Assembly: GCF_963853765.1 (NCBI RefSeq)
Contig: NC_088861.1
Location: 40,548,001-40,612,000 of the forward strand
Source of the DNA: Magallana gigas
Taxonomy: Eukaryota
Length of the DNA: 64,000 nucleotides
Direction: 5' to 3'
Each line of letters begins with the position of its first letter. Within the stretch, counting starts at the first letter, position 1. A model generated the notes under the pieces. It searched no databases and had not been told where the DNA came from. It worked only from the letters and a program-made list of their open reading frames with translations. A program made the translations under genes and the position numbers. This document shows positions 60,214 through 64,000 of this stretch, piece after piece.

Positions 60214-63200
60214 ATGTCAAAATTATTATTAGCCCTTGTCGAATGGCAGGAGGAAGGCTTTCCTCTCGGTGTGATAAATTTACGTGCCATAGAAGACCCG
60301 CGTCTTCCACTTGAAGATTACAGAGTTGGGTTAGACGTTTATGCCAAATGCCAAGGATTCCCGGGGTCACATCCCGCCAAAATTTTAAAGATCGGTGGTA
60401 GGTTCACAATATTATAAACTATGACAATATGATCTTTAAAATTATGGGTCTCATTTATTAATTTATTATACATCTCAATAAACGATAAATATATTGTTTT
60501 CTTGTTCGGACTCTATTTTAAATGATTATATATTTAATTATGTTGAAAATCAGTTATTTCCCCTTTTTACTGAAAAGACATGCAATGGAAAGTAATCATA
60601 ATCATGCATAACATAATACTATTGCTATTAAAATTGTCATTATGTGTTAATTCAAAGCAATATGAAGCTAATTAAACTTTTTCTAAATGTTTGTAACATT
60701 CAATATTATATAACGACATTATAGATGATAAAAGAGAACTACACAATGAAATGGATCTCCTTAGGACAACTCCTATAGCCAATTGTCCATGTTCCACTGA
60801 AGAAGGAACTCGGTAATTATACTTATTGATTTATGTATTGATTATGGTCTGTTTGACTGTTGAACTTGAAAAAAGGGGTAAGCATGAATTAATGAAGTGG
60901 GATTAGTAATTTTTTCACACTACTTGACAGTGTGACTGCATGAAGAATTATAAATATATTACTCTATAAAAATGCAACATATTTATATATATTTAAATTA
61001 TCAATGACACCCCCCCCCCCTTTTTTTTTACTGATAAGTTGCTAAAATTTACATTTGCTGGATGTGAGTGATACCAAACACTACTACAAAAATACTTTAT
61101 CCTCTGTTAACATACTTAAATATTCCACTTATGTCAATGCAAAAAAGTTTTGTACATTTTTTTTATTAAACTGAATTTTTTTTGGTATATATTATACAAT
61201 GATTTTAACTTTGAGCAATATTTAGTCTTCAAGACAAATTTTTTTCAGTACATGCCCTTCGGGCATGTGGACCCATCATTTTAACCCAGCCCATTCAAAT
61301 TTTTACATGCCCAACTCAAAATTCATATATTTACCGGTACATGTATGGTGCAACCAAAATAAATAAAGGTTTTATATCAACTTTATTGTATTAGGGACAG
61401 TGTTTCAAATTCTTTCCAGCTCCCTCTCAATTTCAAGCTCTGTAATATCGATATCGCTTTCTTCACTTTCTGTTTCACTTTCCTCTAAATCTGCATGTCT
61501 CTGCATCTGCCTCATATATACGATAGGTTTAACTAAACACTTCAATGATTATGATTTACACTTATTTGACAAGTCGTACTGAGAATGTAGACTGCACAAA
61601 GCAAGTTACACGAATAACTTGGGTACGATGGAAGAAATGGCGAGTAAACATATTGTACATTGACAGAAAATTCATAGCCCTCCGGGCATGTAATTTGGCA
61701 ATTTTTACATGCCCGCCTGCATATTTACCAGGCCTTGGGCATCGGACTCCCGGGTTAATTTGAAGACTGAATATTGTAAATTTTCTATTTATATTGCAGC
61801 CTACCTCAGGAAAAATCAGCTGGGATTAATAAGAAGCAGAAAGGTGAAAGAGCAACTGAGAAGAATTCAGAACAATACGTAAATCCAACTGAAAAGAAAA
61901 AAGCACAGGATGAACAAAGAAAAAAAAAATTTGAAGAGAAAAAGAATGAAGCAGTTCTAAAGAAAAAAGCCAGGACAGAGCTAAATAACAAAGTTTTGCA
62001 AGAGTTGAATATTGACTTCAATAGGTGAATATATTTTACAGCACTGTATTATTATAAATGTATAAAGCAAAGAAATAGAAATTAAAATGAAGCATATTTT
62101 CAGTATCAGTGTTTAAGGAATACAAGGTATTAATAAACTCTTACCTATTGGCTAACATGCAGTTTGGCACTATTTTTCAGTTAATCTGTAAGTCTTTTCT
62201 ATAGCTAGCAAACTGCTGGCTTAAAGCCATATGCGATTGTGAAATTGGATACCCATTATATTAATGTCACATTTTTTATCAGTAGCAAAGAATTTAAAAG
62301 TTAGTCATTTCAATGCAAACAAATATTCTTTTTAAAATATTGACTTGTCTATACTTTTTTAAACATTTATTGACTGTTGTTCATTCATATTTTATTTATT
62401 TATAGAATTCAAAATGAGAACATAGAGAGTGGAGAAGACCGTCTACCTCTTCAGGACATGGAACTTGAATTTACACAGTTGTGAGTAATAGTTCTCAAAG
62501 ATATCTCCTCATCTTAAAAATAATGTGTATATTTATGAAGAGATACAATTTATAAATAGTGCCTGTTTGGGAGGGTAACAGTTGAAGTTGACACCCCGAG
62601 AAAACCATTGTCAACCGACGCGAAGCGGAGGTTGACAATGGTTTTCGAGGGGTGTCAATTTTATCTGTTATCCTCCCAAACAGGCACTATTTATTTTGTT
62701 ATACTGAATGTCTTAATTTTAAAGAAAATTTTACTGCTTTTATATAGGAATAACGTGAATTCTACAGCAAACCGTACGCACATAATTTTCACACATTTAA
62801 CAATTTTTAATGTTACCCATTGCTAAGTGCGTTGCTAACGCTGAGGGTAATAGAACGGATTATAAACTGCGTCTTAGCCAATCAGATTTCAGTATTTAAC
62901 ATGAAAGTATAACAATATTTAAAAGTGACACAATGTTAAATATAGATAAGAATGGCTCTCGGGTTGATATACAGCAACATCGGGCTAATTTCGGATGTGA
63001 TATAAAATTTGCCAGGTCATGATTTTTATATCATATACTATATAGAAAATTATCAAGGAAATTATAACCAAAAAAAAAAAAAACCTGATGAAAGACCATT
63101 GTCAACCAATTGTTCCAAATTTTTTTTTATTTATATCGCACAGGGCAGAAAAGAGTCTATTTTCTTTAAGTATAACAAAAGGTAGTTACACTTTTTTTCT

Positions 63201-63697
63201 ATGCAAAACACTAATATAGTTTGTAATCATTCTTTTTAGATCTGATGACTCTGATCATGAGGAAATAAATGCCGATTCAGAATTGATTGCTTTAACGTAA
63301 GCAAAATAATTGATTTCACATTTGTATTATATTTAAGTTTTGTTTAAAATCTGAGCTTGCATTAAAATTGTATTAAATCACCTAAATAAATCAGTTTTAT
63401 CATGATATTGGTTATTATTCTAACAAAGATAAATTAATTTTACTCTTTTTCCATTACATTGAATTCAAAATAATCAAATTGTGTCATTTATCTTGAGTAT
63501 CAAGCCGCCTAATTCAAATTGAAAATTTTTATGACTTTGTAGCAAAGTATGATATTGTATTTACAGGGACTTGCCAGTTCAAGAGGTAAATGCCAAAGGG
63601 CACAATACCGTTGCTCAAAAAGCCCCACGAAGCCAGCATATTTCACTGGAGGAGAAATATGCTGAGGCAATTAAAGAAAATGGCATTCTAAAATGCA
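60214..63697 (+). CDS. CACTA accessory (second) gene, 6 exons visible, continues off the right edge
   Basis: Exons 60214-60397, 60725-60812, 61800-62024, 62406-62480, 63240-63296 and 63567-63697 all have GT-AG borders, consistent phases (1,2,2,2,2) and no stops: MSKLLLALVEW...AKILKIG-DDKRE...-LPQEKSAG... Confidence 0.75.
61223..61769. mobile_element. hAT-like non-autonomous element in an intron
   Basis: TAGTCTTCAA ... TTGAAGACTG termini, subterminal ACATGCCC/GGGCATG repeats, AATATT on both flanks. Confidence 0.65.
62547..62916. repeat. Palindromic non-autonomous element, full copy
   Basis: 135-bp imperfect hairpin 62556-62690 (ATAGTGCCTGTTTGGGAGG...CCTCCCAAACAGGCACTAT) plus a tail. Same family as 18493-18795. 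Confidence 0.85.
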
Positions 63698-64000
63698 GTA
63701 GGTTAAATTAATCATTTCAAATTGTATATCTGTTTTTTGTAAATTGTATAAGTCTAAGTTTAGTTATTAATTATTTAAAAACAACTTTTTACAATCTGAT
63801 TAAAATCAGATCCTTCATCCGCCTCTTGTTTTTCTATCCTCAGTTACGTGTTTTGGAAGTTTTGCTAATGCAATTTTTGGATTCTCTGCGGGCCTCTAAT
63901 ATCTAGTTATGCTCCGTCTCTAGCTCGCTGATACCAAAAGATTCGAGAATATCTGCCATCGCTTTGTCATACGATTTCATTTTTGTTAGCAACCCAAAAT

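Larger units (their letters stand above)
54170..64000. mobile_element. CACTA/EnSpm (CMC) element, right end outside the window
   Basis: CCCTTGCAGAATTGCAG terminus with many ACTGC/GCAGT subterminal motifs, a transposase gene and a divergent second gene. Confidence 0.8.

Overview
AT-rich eukaryotic genomic DNA with GT-AG introns and no prokaryotic features. The repeat styles resemble bivalve genomes such as oyster; this is inference, not a database match. The window is almost entirely a nested transposon cluster. Main components, left to right: (1) a FLYWCH/MULE transposase remnant; (2) a decayed Harbinger element; (3) an Academ-like DDE transposase gene split at its DNLD motif by a 6.06-kb element with Polinton-type ends (AGTAGT termini, ~150-bp TIRs, 6-bp TSD) that has no Polinton core genes but carries small cargo ORFs, including an intact CCHC zinc-knuckle gene; (4) a TRIM-like element with tRNA-like LTRs; (5) piggyBac, Kolobok-like, mariner, foldback and Helitron/Helentron-type non-autonomous elements; (6) SGNH hydrolase and OTU-like protease cargo genes; (7) a 13.3-kb minus-strand Ty3/Gypsy provirus with ~99% identical 1.8-kb LTRs, gag, pol, a chromodomain and an F-type env, in which gag and pol are in one frame separated by UAG plus an 8-nt spacer and a hairpin; (8) a two-gene CACTA/EnSpm element running off the right edge. 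All calls come from manual reading of the sequence; no searches were run.
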